Program-made: the position numbers and the translations under genes | Shown here: piece after piece, positions 19,310 to 31,652 of the stretch | Position numbering within the stretch: the stretch's first letter is position 1 | How the letters are laid out: each line of letters starts with the position of its first letter | Assembly: GCA_965246715.1 (NCBI GenBank) | Contig: CBDFFH010000047.1 | Span: 142,684-206,683, forward strand | DNA length: 64,000 nt | Direction of reading: 5' to 3' | From: Chamaesiphon sp. | Lineage (GTDB): Bacteria > Cyanobacteriota > Cyanobacteriia > Cyanobacteriales > Chamaesiphonaceae | The notes under the pieces: model-generated | The model's database searches: none | Seen by the model: the letters and a program-made list of their open reading frames with translations, nothing else | What the model was told of the DNA's origin: nothing

Positions 19310-21775
19310 TTGAACCTAGACTGGCAACTTCCTCCCCAAATTGAAATCCCCCCCGAATTTATCACTGCGGTACGTGCGTCTAAACCAACGATAAATGGTA
19401 AATACGCCGCGAGATTGTTATGGCAACGGGGGATGCGAGCTATCGATTTGCTCCCTGGTTATTTAGATTGTGATAAATATCAGCCGAGTAGTCCCTTTGC
19501 CTTTGGGATCGAAATGACAGCGGCGGTAGAGCGATTAAAAAAGGCCTACATTTACGGCGAAAAGGTGACGATTTGGGGTGATTTTGATGCGGATGGCGTG
19601 ACGGCTACTAGCGTACTTTGGGATGGTTTGGGGCAGTTTTTCACACAGGTCGAACGATTGGATTATTATATCCCCGATCGCATGAAGGAGTCGCACGGGC
19701 TAAATCTCCCTGGGATTAAAAAATTAGCGGCGCAAGGAACCAATCTCATTGTCACTTGCGATACTGGCAGTACGAATGTTAAAGAAGTAGAATATGCTGC
19801 AAAATTAGGTATCGATGTCATCGTTACCGATCATCATACGTTACCAGCACAACGCCCACCGCTAACGGCGATTATCAATCCGCGTTATTTTGCATCTACG
19901 CATCCATTATTTCATCTCTCTGGTGTCGCCGTTGCCTATAAATTAGTCGAGGGTTTGTACGAGACTTTGCCAGATATTCCCCGTCAGCCGATCGAGTATT
20001 TATTAGATTTAGTCGCGATCGGATTGATTGCCGATCTCGTCCAATTAAAAGGCGATTGTCGTTATCTCGCCCAGCAGGGCATCAAGCGGTTGACCTTACA
20101 AAATCAACCAGATATTGAGGGGTTTCGTCCGGGAGTACATCAGTTATTAAAGTTGTGTAAACGTAATGGCGATCGACCGACAGATATTTCATTTGGCATT
20201 GCCCCCCGCATTAATGCGATTAGTCGGATTCATGGCGATGCTAGTTTTGGGGTAGAGTTATTAACTAGTAAAAATGTCGATCGCTGTCATGAATTAGCCG
20301 CAGAAACCGAACTGGCAAATACGCGGCGGAAAGAACTGCAAAAGAATACCACACTCCAAGTTCAAAAAAAGCTAGATGAATTAGATTTATCGACTACTTC
20401 TGTAATTGTAATTGTCGATAATAATTGGTCGCCAGGAGTTCTAGGATTAGTCGCCGGACAAATCGCTCAAGAGCATGGTAAGCCTGCGATTTTATTAAGT
20501 ACGACTAGCGATGCTGACTCAGGTAAAGAAAAAGTTAAAATTGCTAGAGGTTCAGCTCGATCGACCCAAAACATCGATTTATATCAGTTAGTTAATTCTC
20601 AGGCTCATTTACTCAATAGCTTTGGCGGTCACCCCTTTGCGGCTGGATTGAGTATTAATGTCGATAATATTCCGCTATTTACAGAGGCGATCGATCGGGA
20701 ACTCCGATCTTCCCTCGGTGAAATACCCGCACCCTCGATCGCGACCGACTTGGTAGTTACATGTGCGGAATTAAGTGTCGCTGGCGGGCGAGAATTGTTC
20801 GAGGAATTACTACTTCTCGAACCGTATGGGATGGGTAATCCAGTGCCAAAATTGCTAATTAAAAATTGTACGTTTACTAATATTCGAAATAAAAATATTA
20901 AAGACTTCAAAGGTAATACCGTTCGTTATATTCGCACGACATTCGAGCTAGCTGACGGTACGACGAAGTCCAGATTTCCAGGGATGTGGTGGGGACATTA
21001 CGAGCATGAAATTCCGCAGGTAAATTGCGATGCGATCGTTGAGTTAGATTTTAATTCTTATGAAAAACGGTTTGAAGTGAGATTGGTGGAAGTGCGTCCG
21101 GCTGTAGCCGAACGCCAGTCGCCAGTAGGCAATCATCAGCAGCCACTCAAAATCCTCGACTTTCGCCGGGAATCAGTTCCCGCTGCGCTCGAATCAGAAC
21201 CGATCTTCTGGGTCAAAGAATGCCCTAAAGATTGGGCTGAATTACAAACATATTGCCGTCAAGCGGTTTATACCAATCGGCAGTTAGCACTCAGCTATCA
21301 GACCGCGAATACTACCAGCAGTCGAGCAGTATTTGAAAATTTAGTCGGCATTGCCAAATACCTCAGTCATACTGGTACGAGTGTCAATTTACAGCAGCTC
21401 AAGACGAAGCTAAATATCGGCGATCGCGCGTTGAAATTAGGTTTGGATACGCTGGTCGAACTGGGGTTTTGCCTAGCATTCGATAGTCGTACCGAGCTAC
21501 TCACACTTAAATTAGATCGCGAGGCAACAACTAAGGCGGTCGATCTGTACTCGCTAGTGCCAGTCCGCTTATTTCTGGCGGCGATTGAGGAAGAGCAGTT
21601 TCAGCGCAACTATTTTCTGCAAGTGCCAGTATACGCGCTAGAGTCATTACTAGGGGCGACAGTGGCGGGGAAACCCACCCCAACTTCCAAGCGCGATCCC
21701 GAAGCTCCGGCCGATCGACCAAACCCAACTATTAACAAACAACAACAACCACCCAAAGAAGTGCTAAATTTTTAA
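19310..21775 (+). CDS. recJ: Single-stranded DNA exonuclease RecJ (DHH family)
   Basis: GDFDADG, TCDTG, TDHH, GSARS, GGHPFAAG, PYGMGNP. Confidence 0.95.
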   Translation: MNLDWQLPPQIEIPPEFITAVRASKPTINGKYAARLLWQRGMRAIDLLPGYLDCDKYQPSSPFAFGIEMTAAVERLKKAYIYGEKVTIWGDFDADGVTATSVLWDGLGQFFTQVERLDYYIPDRMKESHGLNLPGIKKLAAQGTNLIVTCDTGSTNVKEVEYAAKLGIDVIVTDHHTLPAQRPPLTAIINPRYFASTHPLFHLSGVAVAYKLVEGLYETLPDIPRQPIEYLLDLVAIGLIADLVQLKGDCRYLAQQGIKRLTLQNQPDIEGFRPGVHQLLKLCKRNGDRPTDISFGIAPRINAISRIHGDASFGVELLTSKNVDRCHELAAETELANTRRKELQKNTTLQVQKKLDELDLSTTSVIVIVDNNWSPGVLGLVAGQIAQEHGKPAILLSTTSDADSGKEKVKIARGSARSTQNIDLYQLVNSQAHLLNSFGGHPFAAGLSINVDNIPLFTEAIDRELRSSLGEIPAPSIATDLVVTCAELSVAGGRELFEELLLLEPYGMGNPVPKLLIKNCTFTNIRNKNIKDFKGNTVRYIRTTFELADGTTKSRFPGMWWGHYEHEIPQVNCDAIVELDFNSYEKRFEVRLVEVRPAVAERQSPVGNHQQPLKILDFRRESVPAALESEPIFWVKECPKDWAELQTYCRQAVYTNRQLALSYQTANTTSSRAVFENLVGIAKYLSHTGTSVNLQQLKTKLNIGDRALKLGLDTLVELGFCLAFDSRTELLTLKLDREATTKAVDLYSLVPVRLFLAAIEEEQFQRNYFLQVPVYALESLLGATVAGKPTPTSKRDPEAPADRPNPTINKQQQPPKEVLNF

Positions 21776-21817
21776 GTAGCTAAGTTAAAATATTGCTGTT
21801 TTGGGAGCCTATATATA

Positions 21818-22006
21818 ATGATCGTAATTTTCAATCTGGCACTGTTTGCGCTAGTGCTGTTATCGTTCGTGATGATCGTCGGTGTGCCTGTTGCTTACGC
21901 AGCACCACAAAACTGGGATCGATCGAAACAACTCCTGTTCGTCGGTTCGGGAGCTTGGACGATTTTAGTCGTGGTCGTAGGTGTGTTGAACTTCCTCGTC
22001 GTCTAG
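21818..22006 (+). CDS. psbZ: Photosystem II protein Z
   Basis: 62 aa, two TM helices, [17 protein letters not shown]. Confidence 0.95.
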   Translation: MIVIFNLALFALVLLSFVMIVGVPVAYAAPQNWDRSKQLLFVGSGAWTILVVVVGVLNFLVV

Positions 22007-22150
22007 ATTGCTCGGTATGAAGATCGACTGTTAGAACGCATCGATGTCGTCATTACAGTCGATCGCTTTGCTAGAAAGCCTCCAATCTAGTAACTGGCTT
22101 CATCACTCATACTTCGACTATGCTCAGTACAAGTAATTCATAATTTTTAG

Positions 22151-22642
22151 ATGTCAGTTTTTGAAGGCACTCTCGTCGCAGATAGTTCTCTGCGGTTTGC
22201 GATCGTTATCGGTCGGTTTAATGACCTCGTTACTAATAAACTCCTAGAAAGCTGTCAGGACTGTCTCAAACGACACGGAATCGATATCGACCCTGATGGT
22301 AGTCAGGTAGACTATGCGTGGGTGCCTGGGTGCTTTGAGGTACCACTGGTGGCAAAGAAATTGGCGCTATCCAAACGCTATGATGCGATTATTTGTTTGG
22401 GCGCAGTAATTCGGGGCGATACACCGCATTTTGACTATGTATCTTCGGAAGTAGCTAAAGGTGTTGCTAATGTTGCATTTCAGACTGGTACACCAGTAAT
22501 TTTTGGGGTGCTGACGGTGGATACCATGACTCAAGCTTTAGAACGAGCGGGGATTAAGGGAAATCACGGTTGGGGTTATGCACTCAATGCGATCGAAATG
22601 GCTACGCTCATGAAAACCATGCCTGCGGAAGTGGGAGCGTAG
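22151..22642 (+). CDS. ribH: 6,7-dimethyl-8-ribityllumazine synthase
   Basis: [30 protein letters not shown]. Confidence 0.97.
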   Translation: MSVFEGTLVADSSLRFAIVIGRFNDLVTNKLLESCQDCLKRHGIDIDPDGSQVDYAWVPGCFEVPLVAKKLALSKRYDAIICLGAVIRGDTPHFDYVSSEVAKGVANVAFQTGTPVIFGVLTVDTMTQALERAGIKGNHGWGYALNAIEMATLMKTMPAEVGA

Positions 22643-22764
22643 GAGCTTAACTGATATTTGCCTAACGTGAGTTCGGGTTGAGGATATTGCCTCCGCACTA
22701 GCACCGCACTCGATTGAAATCGGTGCTAGTGGTTCAAAGTCCGCCTCGCGGACTGAATATCTTA

Positions 22765-22937
22765 ACGTCAGTTCGGGTTAAGAAATGCCTGGAGACTAGA
22801 AGTCTCGGCTTATGATGCAAAGTCCGCCTACTCGGACTAGTTAATCAGTCCGCGTAGGCGGACTTTGTAGTGTTAGCCCCGATTTCAATCGGAGGCGATG
22901 CTGAAGCGGAGCCAATATCCTTAACCCGAACTGACGT
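22765..22937. mobile_element. Intact inner MITE, inverted relative to the outer one
   Basis: Perfect IR ACGTCAGTTCGGGTTAAG / CTTAACCCGAACTGACGT; direct repeat TATCTTA at 22758-22764 and 22938-22944. Confidence 0.88.
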
Positions 22938-23029
22938 TATCTTAGTCCGCGAAGCGAAAAGTGCATTTGGTCGGCTCGCCGACCATTAGACCAGTAGGTC
23001 TTGGGGTTTCCCCAAGTGGTCGGGTCGAT

Positions 23030-24514
23030 CGATTCGTGACAAGTTAAGGAGCGAGCGCAGTTGTCAAGCCGGGTTGAGCGGAAGGCTCAAAAAAGAATGA
23101 GCCTTCCCTGCTCGCTTGGTCGGGAAAGGGGTCAATCATTAATTTCTTGAATGGCTTTCGGATAGATTTAATAATACCTAAATCTCTATTTTCAGGAGCT
23201 GCAAAATATTTAATGGGGTCGGTAGCTAAACCTTTGTGATGGGCAACATAAAAATGGTAAAGACCACGATAAATCATCTCTAAAGAAATGCGGTCAAAAG
23301 GAAGAGATAGCTCATCAGCAATCGCATCGCCAAGATCGACTAATACAATATAAAATAGCCAAGTCCCCCAGAGTTGCAACTTAATACCATTAAGTGAGCC
23401 TGTCCAGATATAACTCAATCCTAACAATCGTTTGACAATATTAAATGCCTCTTCTATTCGCCATCTTCTACCATACAAATCGGCAACTACGTAGGGTGGT
23501 AAAATTAATGGGTCAAGCACGCTAGTTAGATAAGAGTACCAAGCTTTACCCATTTTGATTTCCACTAATCTCATCGTGATACATGGAGTTGTTTTATTAC
23601 CAGCACCCATTGTTACTATTCGGTCGCGGATGCTGTAACTATTCGTGAATGCGCTCTCGACGGTAAATGATGCTTTGTTGTTTAGGCGGGTAATTACATG
23701 AACATTCCTTTCGATTAGTTGTTGCCAAAACAGATAATGACAAAATCCTCGATCTAGTAAAATTAATGTCTGGGGCTTGACTAGCTTTAGGATATCTGCC
23801 TCAAACTTCATGTCACTAGCTTTGGCATTCGACTCAAACCAAATTTCTACTGGTAGTCGGGTTACTAGATCGATGACTACTCCTATTTTTCCAGCTAATT
23901 GATTTTTTGGCACATCTGTCAGACTTTCTAATTTCTTGAAGATTGCTTCTAATGTTGAACCGTCACTAGCCCAAACTCTAGCAAATTTAGTTCGGGCAAA
24001 TTGAATACTGGAGGGTAGTTGTCTTTTGTTGCGACTGTGCCATTTTCGCTCGAATTCTGGCAGTAATTCTCTAAATATTCGCTCAAATATTTCAGCGGGA
24101 AATGTCAAAAATCTCTGTGATAATGCTTGTTGGCTGACTTGTGTTGGTTCGCACCAGAGAAATCCTTCTCTGGCGAGTATTCTGCTGAGTTCTCTGACTC
24201 CAGCTACGTCTCGCCAAATTAGTGTCAGCACTGCTGCTACCATCAGCGGCAGATTCAGTATTCTATCCCTCATTCCGAGTTGGCGATAGTACTTTTCTTG
24301 TGCTAGTACTGCTGGCGTGACTAGCTGTTCTAATTGTGCTGCTATCACCTCCTCTTCCATCATCGGACGTTGTTGTCGCTTGGCGTGGTCGCGATTTGTT
24401 GTCCGCTTTTTAGGCATGTGTCAAATTTGGTTCTAACTCTTTGCTAGTAACAGTTTGACATTTTTTCTTTCTCCCCTTGACAACCCTCGGTTTTTCTTAA
24501 CTTGTCACGAATCG
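23030..24514 (-). mobile_element. IS4 family insertion sequence
   Basis: Perfect 19-bp IR CGATTCGTGACAAGTTAAG / CTTAACTTGTCACGAATCG around a DDE transposase; no flanking direct repeat seen. Confidence 0.92.
23044..24417 (-). CDS. IS4 family transposase
   Basis: ASDGST, LLDRGF, YGRRWRIEEAFNIVK (YREK motif). Confidence 0.95.
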   Translation of the reverse strand: MPKKRTTNRDHAKRQQRPMMEEEVIAAQLEQLVTPAVLAQEKYYRQLGMRDRILNLPLMVAAVLTLIWRDVAGVRELSRILAREGFLWCEPTQVSQQALSQRFLTFPAEIFERIFRELLPEFERKWHSRNKRQLPSSIQFARTKFARVWASDGSTLEAIFKKLESLTDVPKNQLAGKIGVVIDLVTRLPVEIWFESNAKASDMKFEADILKLVKPQTLILLDRGFCHYLFWQQLIERNVHVITRLNNKASFTVESAFTNSYSIRDRIVTMGAGNKTTPCITMRLVEIKMGKAWYSYLTSVLDPLILPPYVVADLYGRRWRIEEAFNIVKRLLGLSYIWTGSLNGIKLQLWGTWLFYIVLVDLGDAIADELSLPFDRISLEMIYRGLYHFYVAHHKGLATDPIKYFAAPENRDLGIIKSIRKPFKKLMIDPFPDQASREGSFFFEPSAQPGLTTALAP

Positions 24515-24695
24515 GGGAACCCGACCTGACCGAGCACCTTTTCAAGACAGGCGGACTTCGCATCATGAGCCGAGAATTCAGTCTCTGGGCTGTTCTTAAC
24601 CCGATCGCACGTTGCCTAGGTTCGATCGTTTGGACTTAGGCGCTCTGCTGTGGGGAAAAAAGTTGCCAAGAACGCTTTCGTAAACACGATTGTAG

Positions 24696-25667
24696 CTAAC
24701 TCAGGCAAGCCATAAATGCGGCTTTAAGACCCACTGCCTCTAAATCCCGTCCGATGAATACTAATTCATTTTTACGGACTTCAGTGGCTTTCCACGGACG
24801 ATCGAGCCGACCGTCAAAAATCATATGTACGCCTTGAAATACAAAGCGGCGATCGTCACTGGCAATATTTAAGATCCCCTTCATCCGAAAGATATTTGGC
24901 CCTTGGCTGCTCAGGAGTTCGCTAATCCAGACGTTTAATTTTTTAACATCGATCGCGCCTTCAGCTACTAAGGCGATCGATCCGACAGTTTCATCGTGTA
25001 CGTGAGCTTCTTCTCCCAGAAATTGGGGGTCGATTTCGAGAGCACGATCGAGATCGAAGGCATTAATTCCTAAGATACGATCTAAATCGATTTCGGAATT
25101 TTGTGTGCGATAGATTTTTGCCAGTGCATTAATCTGGCGAATTTTTGTTTCTAGAGTATCTAGCTCTTCAGTCGTCACTAAATCTACTTTATTTAATAAA
25201 ATGCGATCGGCAAACGCAATCTGTTCGATCGCCTCATTCGCATCCCAATGTTGAGTGATATGTTTGGCATCAACGACCGTGATGACTGCATCTAGATGCG
25301 TCTGTTCCTGGACATCTTCATCGACAAAGAAAGTTTGGATTACGGGTGCGGGATCGGCTAATCCAGTCGTTTCAATGACTAATCGATCGAATTTATCCCG
25401 TCGCCGCATCAGATTGGCAATAATCCGAATCAGATCGCCACGCACGGTACAACAGATACAACCATTATTCATCTCGAACATCTCTTCATCGGCATCGACG
25501 ATTAATTGATTGTCGATTCCAATTTCACCAAATTCATTGACGATTACAGCAATTTTCTGACCGTGCTCTTGAGTTAAAATTCGATTTAATAGGGTGGTTT
25601 TTCCAGCACCTAAATATCCAGTTAATACGGTAACTGGCACGGTAGTTAATATGGTTGAATCAGTCAT
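24696..25667 (-). CDS. CobW/COG0523 family metal-chaperone GTPase
   Basis: GYLGAGKTT, NEFGE, GCICC, ETTGLADP, NKVD. Confidence 0.93.
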   Translation of the reverse strand: MTDSTILTTVPVTVLTGYLGAGKTTLLNRILTQEHGQKIAVIVNEFGEIGIDNQLIVDADEEMFEMNNGCICCTVRGDLIRIIANLMRRRDKFDRLVIETTGLADPAPVIQTFFVDEDVQEQTHLDAVITVVDAKHITQHWDANEAIEQIAFADRILLNKVDLVTTEELDTLETKIRQINALAKIYRTQNSEIDLDRILGINAFDLDRALEIDPQFLGEEAHVHDETVGSIALVAEGAIDVKKLNVWISELLSSQGPNIFRMKGILNIASDDRRFVFQGVHMIFDGRLDRPWKATEVRKNELVFIGRDLEAVGLKAAFMACLS

Positions 25668-25713
25668 TTTGTAGTTTCTCCCGATCGCCGATAATCAAAC
25701 GCCGTTAATTGTG

Positions 25714-25745
25714 AAAAAAGAGAGGGTAGTAAATTACTCCCTCTC
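25714..25745 (-). terminator. prk terminator
   Basis: A run then GAGAGGG..CCCTCTC stem. Confidence 0.6.
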
Positions 25746-25785
25746 ATATTTAGCCAACTACGAGTTCATTTATTACTCGATTTGT

Positions 25786-26787
25786 TTACACTCTGGCGGT
25801 TATTTTAGCTTCTTTAGAAGTTAAGCGTTCGTAAGTAGCTCTCATTTTGAGACCGACCATTACTTGGAATAAACCCGTACCGTTATTGGAACCAGGATAT
25901 TCTTTATGTTGGAGCAGCAAGTGAGTCATTTCACCATGATGCTTGGTAGAGATATTGCTCAGGTGGCTCTCAATGTAACTTACTTGTTCGAGGGCACCTA
26001 ATTGTCCGTCGAGTTCTAGTACGGAGACAGGATGGCCATAGTACATGTCGGGGCCGTAGAACATTTTGATGCCAGGGTACGGACACTCAAGTTTGCGTCC
26101 GCAAGGCCGCCAATCGATCGTCGAACCTTCATCAAACAGATAAACTGGAGCAAAGTCAGAGACACCTTCACGCTGGATCAAGCGCACGCGTAGGAGCTTG
26201 CTTTCTTTATCTTCGAGCAATTTAGTCGGTAGCACTTGGATGACTACATCAGCATGACCGCGTTGGGGTTCGATGTAGGCTTCAAAGTCTGGACGACGCG
26301 ATTCGATCGCAGCCAAGACATCATCGTAGCTGTGACCGCGTTCCGCCATGTCGCGCTGAATTTTCCACGCGATTTTGACATCATCGGTAATATCTAGGTA
26401 GACGCTAAAGTCTAGCAATCCTCTGACTCTTTCATCGTAGAGCGGATGTAGCCCTTCGATTACAACAACATGATTGGGGGCGATTTTCTCAGGGGGGTCG
26501 ATTAACCCGGTCTCATGATTGTAGATTGGCTTATCGATTGTCTCGCCGTTTTTGAGTGCTTTGATTTGTTCGTACATCAAATCGAAATTATTCGCACGCG
26601 GATCGAGTGCTGTGACTTTTTGCTCCTTCCGCTGGTATCGATCGAGACTGTGATAGTCGTCCAAACAGATTACCGTTACAAATTCTTTCCCAAATAAGTC
26701 GATAATCCGTTGTAAAAACGTTGACTTACCGCAGCCGGAATCTCCAGCAACGCCAATTAACACCACACGATCCACTTTGCCGACCAT
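25786..26787 (-). CDS. prk: Phosphoribulokinase
   Basis: GVAGDSGCGKST, CLDDYHSLDR, WKIQRDMAERGH. Confidence 0.98.
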   Translation of the reverse strand: MVGKVDRVVLIGVAGDSGCGKSTFLQRIIDLFGKEFVTVICLDDYHSLDRYQRKEQKVTALDPRANNFDLMYEQIKALKNGETIDKPIYNHETGLIDPPEKIAPNHVVVIEGLHPLYDERVRGLLDFSVYLDITDDVKIAWKIQRDMAERGHSYDDVLAAIESRRPDFEAYIEPQRGHADVVIQVLPTKLLEDKESKLLRVRLIQREGVSDFAPVYLFDEGSTIDWRPCGRKLECPYPGIKMFYGPDMYYGHPVSVLELDGQLGALEQVSYIESHLSNISTKHHGEMTHLLLQHKEYPGSNNGTGLFQVMVGLKMRATYERLTSKEAKITARV

Positions 26788-27391
26788 AGTTATCCTCTTA
26801 TATCGAAATCTTTTGTAAGTATTAAGTTCTAGTTCTTTGAAATAAAATTTTACCTCAATCCGTCATCCTCATCGAACCAGCTACAGAATAATTTTCCATG
26901 TGCAACAGCATCGTTCCCGAAAAATCTGTTGCCTGGCCGATGCTGTTGCAATTATCGATTCTCTTTACAGAAAAGGCTACGCCAACGAATCGGGACATTG
27001 ACATGATTGCCAAGAGAAAACCGTACATTATGTATTACGTCTTTATTCTTGCACCTGCAATCGCTGCGATCGGTTCTAGTTGGATCGAGGATGGGTGTTG
27101 GCGATCTAAAACTGTATCCAGCGAACATTATAGCTTCGATCGGGATCCGGAGATCGGGAGACCATCTGGATATTTGGCTCGATCGCGTTATGGGGATCTA
27201 GATACTCGCACCCACCCGATCGTGATTTCTGGTATTTAGTCGATTCGCACTTGTGCAATGGGGCACAGCTACGGTATTCTGGCTGGGATATGTTTATAAA
27301 ATGAATGTTATCTGCTTTTTAGTTTTAGAACTGGCAGAGATCTCGATATTGTCATTTTTTGACAATCTGGAGTGACTTACAATTACAATGA

Positions 27392-28630
<1,239 letters not shown>

Positions 28631-28984
28631 TAGGTACTCGCTGTGCGCTTCGATCCTGTCGGAGCGACCGAAACACATGTGGAGGTGTCCTCCGCATGTG
28701 TTTCATTCAGAGGCTGCGCCTACGTCTAGAAAACTAACGTACAGAGCTACCGAATCTCGCCGATCGATTGCAACAAGATAGTGGATAGTGGATAGCAAAA
28801 AGGTCGGTGCTGACACGATTTCCAACATATAAGTTAGCAGAACTTTGAATAACTTAATCTAAATGTGGGAATAGATGTGTGTAAGTTAACTTTGACTGCT
28901 CTTGGCTATTTACTAGTCACTATTTAGTTATGGTAAAATTGCATACAGCAAACTGAAGAAAAACTAAGTCAAAGGATTGGAGCC

Positions 28985-29308
28985 ATGTCGTCAGCAGTTG
29001 AAGTTACAGACGGTTCTTTTAAAGAGGATGTACTTGATAGTGAGATTCCAGTATTAGTCGATTTTTGGGCACCTTGGTGTGGGCCTTGCCGCATGGTAGG
29101 GCCAGTTGTAGATGAAATTGCCGCTCAGTATGAGGGCAAAATCAAAGTCTTCAAACTCAATACTGATAATAACCCTAATGTTGCCAGTCAGTATGGGATT
29201 CGGAGTATTCCGACATTAATGATTTTTAAGGGCGGTCAAAAAGTAGATACTGTAGTTGGCGCAGTTCCAAAAGCAACCCTCTCGAATACCCTCGAAAAGT
29301 ATCTCTAA
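28985..29308 (+). CDS. trxA: Thioredoxin (m-type)
   Basis: [19 protein letters not shown]. Confidence 0.96.
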   Translation: MSSAVEVTDGSFKEDVLDSEIPVLVDFWAPWCGPCRMVGPVVDEIAAQYEGKIKVFKLNTDNNPNVASQYGIRSIPTLMIFKGGQKVDTVVGAVPKATLSNTLEKYL

Positions 29309-29603
29309 ACTGCGATCGACATAGTTAATTTATTATTAGAATTACTAAATTTTAGAGAATTGGTGAATCTCTAGTCTCCACTCGATAAGACTGGACGATC
29401 GTCACCAAAACTCGATCGCTCGGTCACCCCATCTTGACTGTCTGCCGATGACTAGCAAGTTAGCGATAGCTAGATTGGCAAAATATTTTAGCCAAGTAAA
29501 TATTATTTCCCCCTTGGGGGAGCGTCTCATGCTAACTCAGGCTGGAGGCGCTTTTCTTTCATGAATCGATAAAATAGTAAGTAGCAGCTGGACAATTATT
29601 TAG

Positions 29604-30662
29604 ATGTCAAATATCGATGCTCTATCTAACCTCAAAAGCGATCTGATCGCCACGATCGACCGCTTGCCGAACATGAGTAATGGTAAGTGGATTCAGCGCG
29701 CTCTTGAGGCAATTTTACGGCTATCTGAGGCTGAGATCGATCGGTTAGACTGGAAGATTCTCAGTGCCTCAATCGGGGATATGGAGCGAGCATTTGAGGT
29801 CTTTCATCCCTATCGGCACGTCCGCAAGATTGCAGTATTTGGCTCGGCGCGTACTAGTCCAGCGGCTCCAGAGTATCGACTCGCGCATGATTTCGCGCAA
29901 CTGATTACCGAGCAAGGGTTTATGACGATTACCGGAGCTGGCGGTGGCATCATGGCCGCCGCCAATGAAGGGGCTGGAGCAGAAAATTCATTTGGGTTAA
30001 ACATCCAACTACCCTACGAGCAAGGTGCCAATCAATATATCGCTGGCGATCCAAAAGCGATCGCGTTCAAGTACTTTTTTACCCGCAAATTATTTTTCCT
30101 GCGGGAGAGCGATGCGGTAGTACTCTTTCCTGGCGGGTTCGGTACTCAGGATGAGGCCCTAGAAACGATGACGCTCTGCCAAACCGGTCGCTACGGCCCC
30201 GTACCGATGGTACTAGTCGATCGACCTGGCGGGACTTATTGGCGGGATTGGGATTTGTATTTACGCAAAAATCTCGCCGCACCAGGACTGATTAGTCCCG
30301 AGGATACGAGTTTGTATACGATGACCGATGATATTCATGTGGCAGCGGAGACGATTCGGACTTTTTACCGCGTCTATCACTCCAGTCGTTATGTCGATCG
30401 CGAATTCGTGATTCGATTGAAAGTAGCTATTTGCGATCGCGATTTAGAGTTACTCAATACTGAGTTTGGCGATTTGGCAGCTGGCGGTAAGATCGCCCGA
30501 ACTCTCGCGCTACCTCAAGAGTTAGACGATCCGACTGTTGATTTACCTCGGATCGCATTTAAATTCGATCGCCGTGATTATGGACGGCTGTATCAGATGA
30601 TAAATGCGCTCAATCAAATGAGTGAGGGTGTCTGTACCGATACTCATCCTGAGTCGAAATAA
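29604..30662 (+). CDS. LOG family protein (lysine decarboxylase-like nucleotide phosphoribohydrolase)
   Basis: VFGSART, TGAGGGIM, FPGGFGTQDE. Confidence 0.9.
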   Translation: MSNIDALSNLKSDLIATIDRLPNMSNGKWIQRALEAILRLSEAEIDRLDWKILSASIGDMERAFEVFHPYRHVRKIAVFGSARTSPAAPEYRLAHDFAQLITEQGFMTITGAGGGIMAAANEGAGAENSFGLNIQLPYEQGANQYIAGDPKAIAFKYFFTRKLFFLRESDAVVLFPGGFGTQDEALETMTLCQTGRYGPVPMVLVDRPGGTYWRDWDLYLRKNLAAPGLISPEDTSLYTMTDDIHVAAETIRTFYRVYHSSRYVDREFVIRLKVAICDRDLELLNTEFGDLAAGGKIARTLALPQELDDPTVDLPRIAFKFDRRDYGRLYQMINALNQMSEGVCTDTHPESK

Positions 30663-30688
30663 CCAGCTCGCCGAATAGACCTAAAAAC

Positions 30689-30723
30689 TAATCGGGTCGC
30701 TGAACTAGTCAGCGACCCGATTA
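30689..30723. terminator. Hairpin between convergent LOG gene and tRNA
   Basis: TAATCGGGTCGCTGA-N5-TCAGCGACCCGATTA perfect inverted repeat. Confidence 0.7.
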
Positions 30724-30731
30724 ATCTAATA

Positions 30732-30804
30732 TGAGCGAGGAGGGATTCGAACCCCCGATCTTTTGGTTCGTAGCCAAATGCTTTATCCACTAAGCCACTC
30801 GCCC
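30732..30804 (-). tRNA. trnR: tRNA-Arg(ACG), CCA not encoded
   Basis: GGGCGAG acceptor stem, D arm GCTT/AAGC, anticodon loop CTACGAA, T arm GGGGG-TTCGAAT-CCCTC. Confidence 0.93.
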
Positions 30805-30841
30805 CAGTCCGTTCTTAACTATATCATACCTTTTTCAAATC

Positions 30842-31357
30842 GTGCAAAATTTTCCTCAAAATACTCAACCCAGCCAAAATTCCCAACTGACACACCTCAC
30901 TGCCAGTGGCGAAGCCCAGATGGTGGATATTGCCGATAAAGCGATAACCAAGCGTACCGCAGTCGCTGGCGGGCAAGTCCGGATGTCTGTGAGTACGCTA
31001 GAGGCGATTCTGGCGGGTAATGCGCCCAAAGGTGATGCTTTAGGTACTGCGAGGATTGCAGGCATCATGGCAGCCAAGCAGACAGCCAATCTGATTCCGC
31101 TATGTCATCCGCTACCCTTAAGTAAGGTTGCTGTTGAATTAACACCCGATCGCGAGCTACCTGGCTTCCAAATTCTGGCAACGGTGACGATTAAAGCCGA
31201 GACAGGCGTAGAAATGGAAGCGCTCACAGCAGTATCGATCGCCGCGCTGACGCTATACGATATGGCTAAAGCATTAGAAAAGTCGATGCAGATCGAGAAC
31301 ATCCGGTTGATTAGTAAAACTGGGGGTAAGTCGGATTTTACGAACTCTGGTGGCTAG
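30842..31357 (+). CDS. moaC: Cyclic pyranopterin monophosphate synthase
   Basis: [28 protein letters not shown]. Confidence 0.96.
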   Translation: MQNFPQNTQPSQNSQLTHLTASGEAQMVDIADKAITKRTAVAGGQVRMSVSTLEAILAGNAPKGDALGTARIAGIMAAKQTANLIPLCHPLPLSKVAVELTPDRELPGFQILATVTIKAETGVEMEALTAVSIAALTLYDMAKALEKSMQIENIRLISKTGGKSDFTNSGG

Positions 31358-31528
31358 TGTCATTCGGGTTAAGGATATTGGCTTCGCTCCGGTACCACCG
31401 CCGATTGAAATCGGGGCTAACCCTGCGAAGTCCGCTGACGCGGATTGATTAACTAGTTCGCGTAGGCGGACTTCGCAGCACAAGCCGAGACTTCCAGTCT
31501 CCAGGCATCTCTTAACCCGAACTGACGT
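31357..31528. mobile_element. MITE copy abutting the moaC stop codon
   Basis: GTGTCATTCGGGTTAAGG..CTTAACCCGAACTGACGT; flanks TGGCTA / TAGCTA. Confidence 0.8.
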
Positions 31529-31652
31529 TAGCTAGGGATTTTGGATTATTACTTAGCAGTCTCTGTTCCCTTGTGCCATTCCACAGTGCTCGGCCGCCCA
31601 TGCCGAACGCTTAGGGCGTAAAATAGTAGCGATCGCTTTCCCCATTCTCACT

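Larger units (their letters stand above)
22665..24612. mobile_element. Outer MITE interrupted by nested insertions
   Basis: Ends ACGTGAGTTCGGGTTGAG / CTTAACCCGATCGCACGT; direct repeat TGCCTA at 22659-22664 and 24613-24618. Confidence 0.8.

Noticed and set aside
26898..27239. 113-aa ORF between prk and petH
   Set aside because: No recognisable motif; lies in the divergent promoter region
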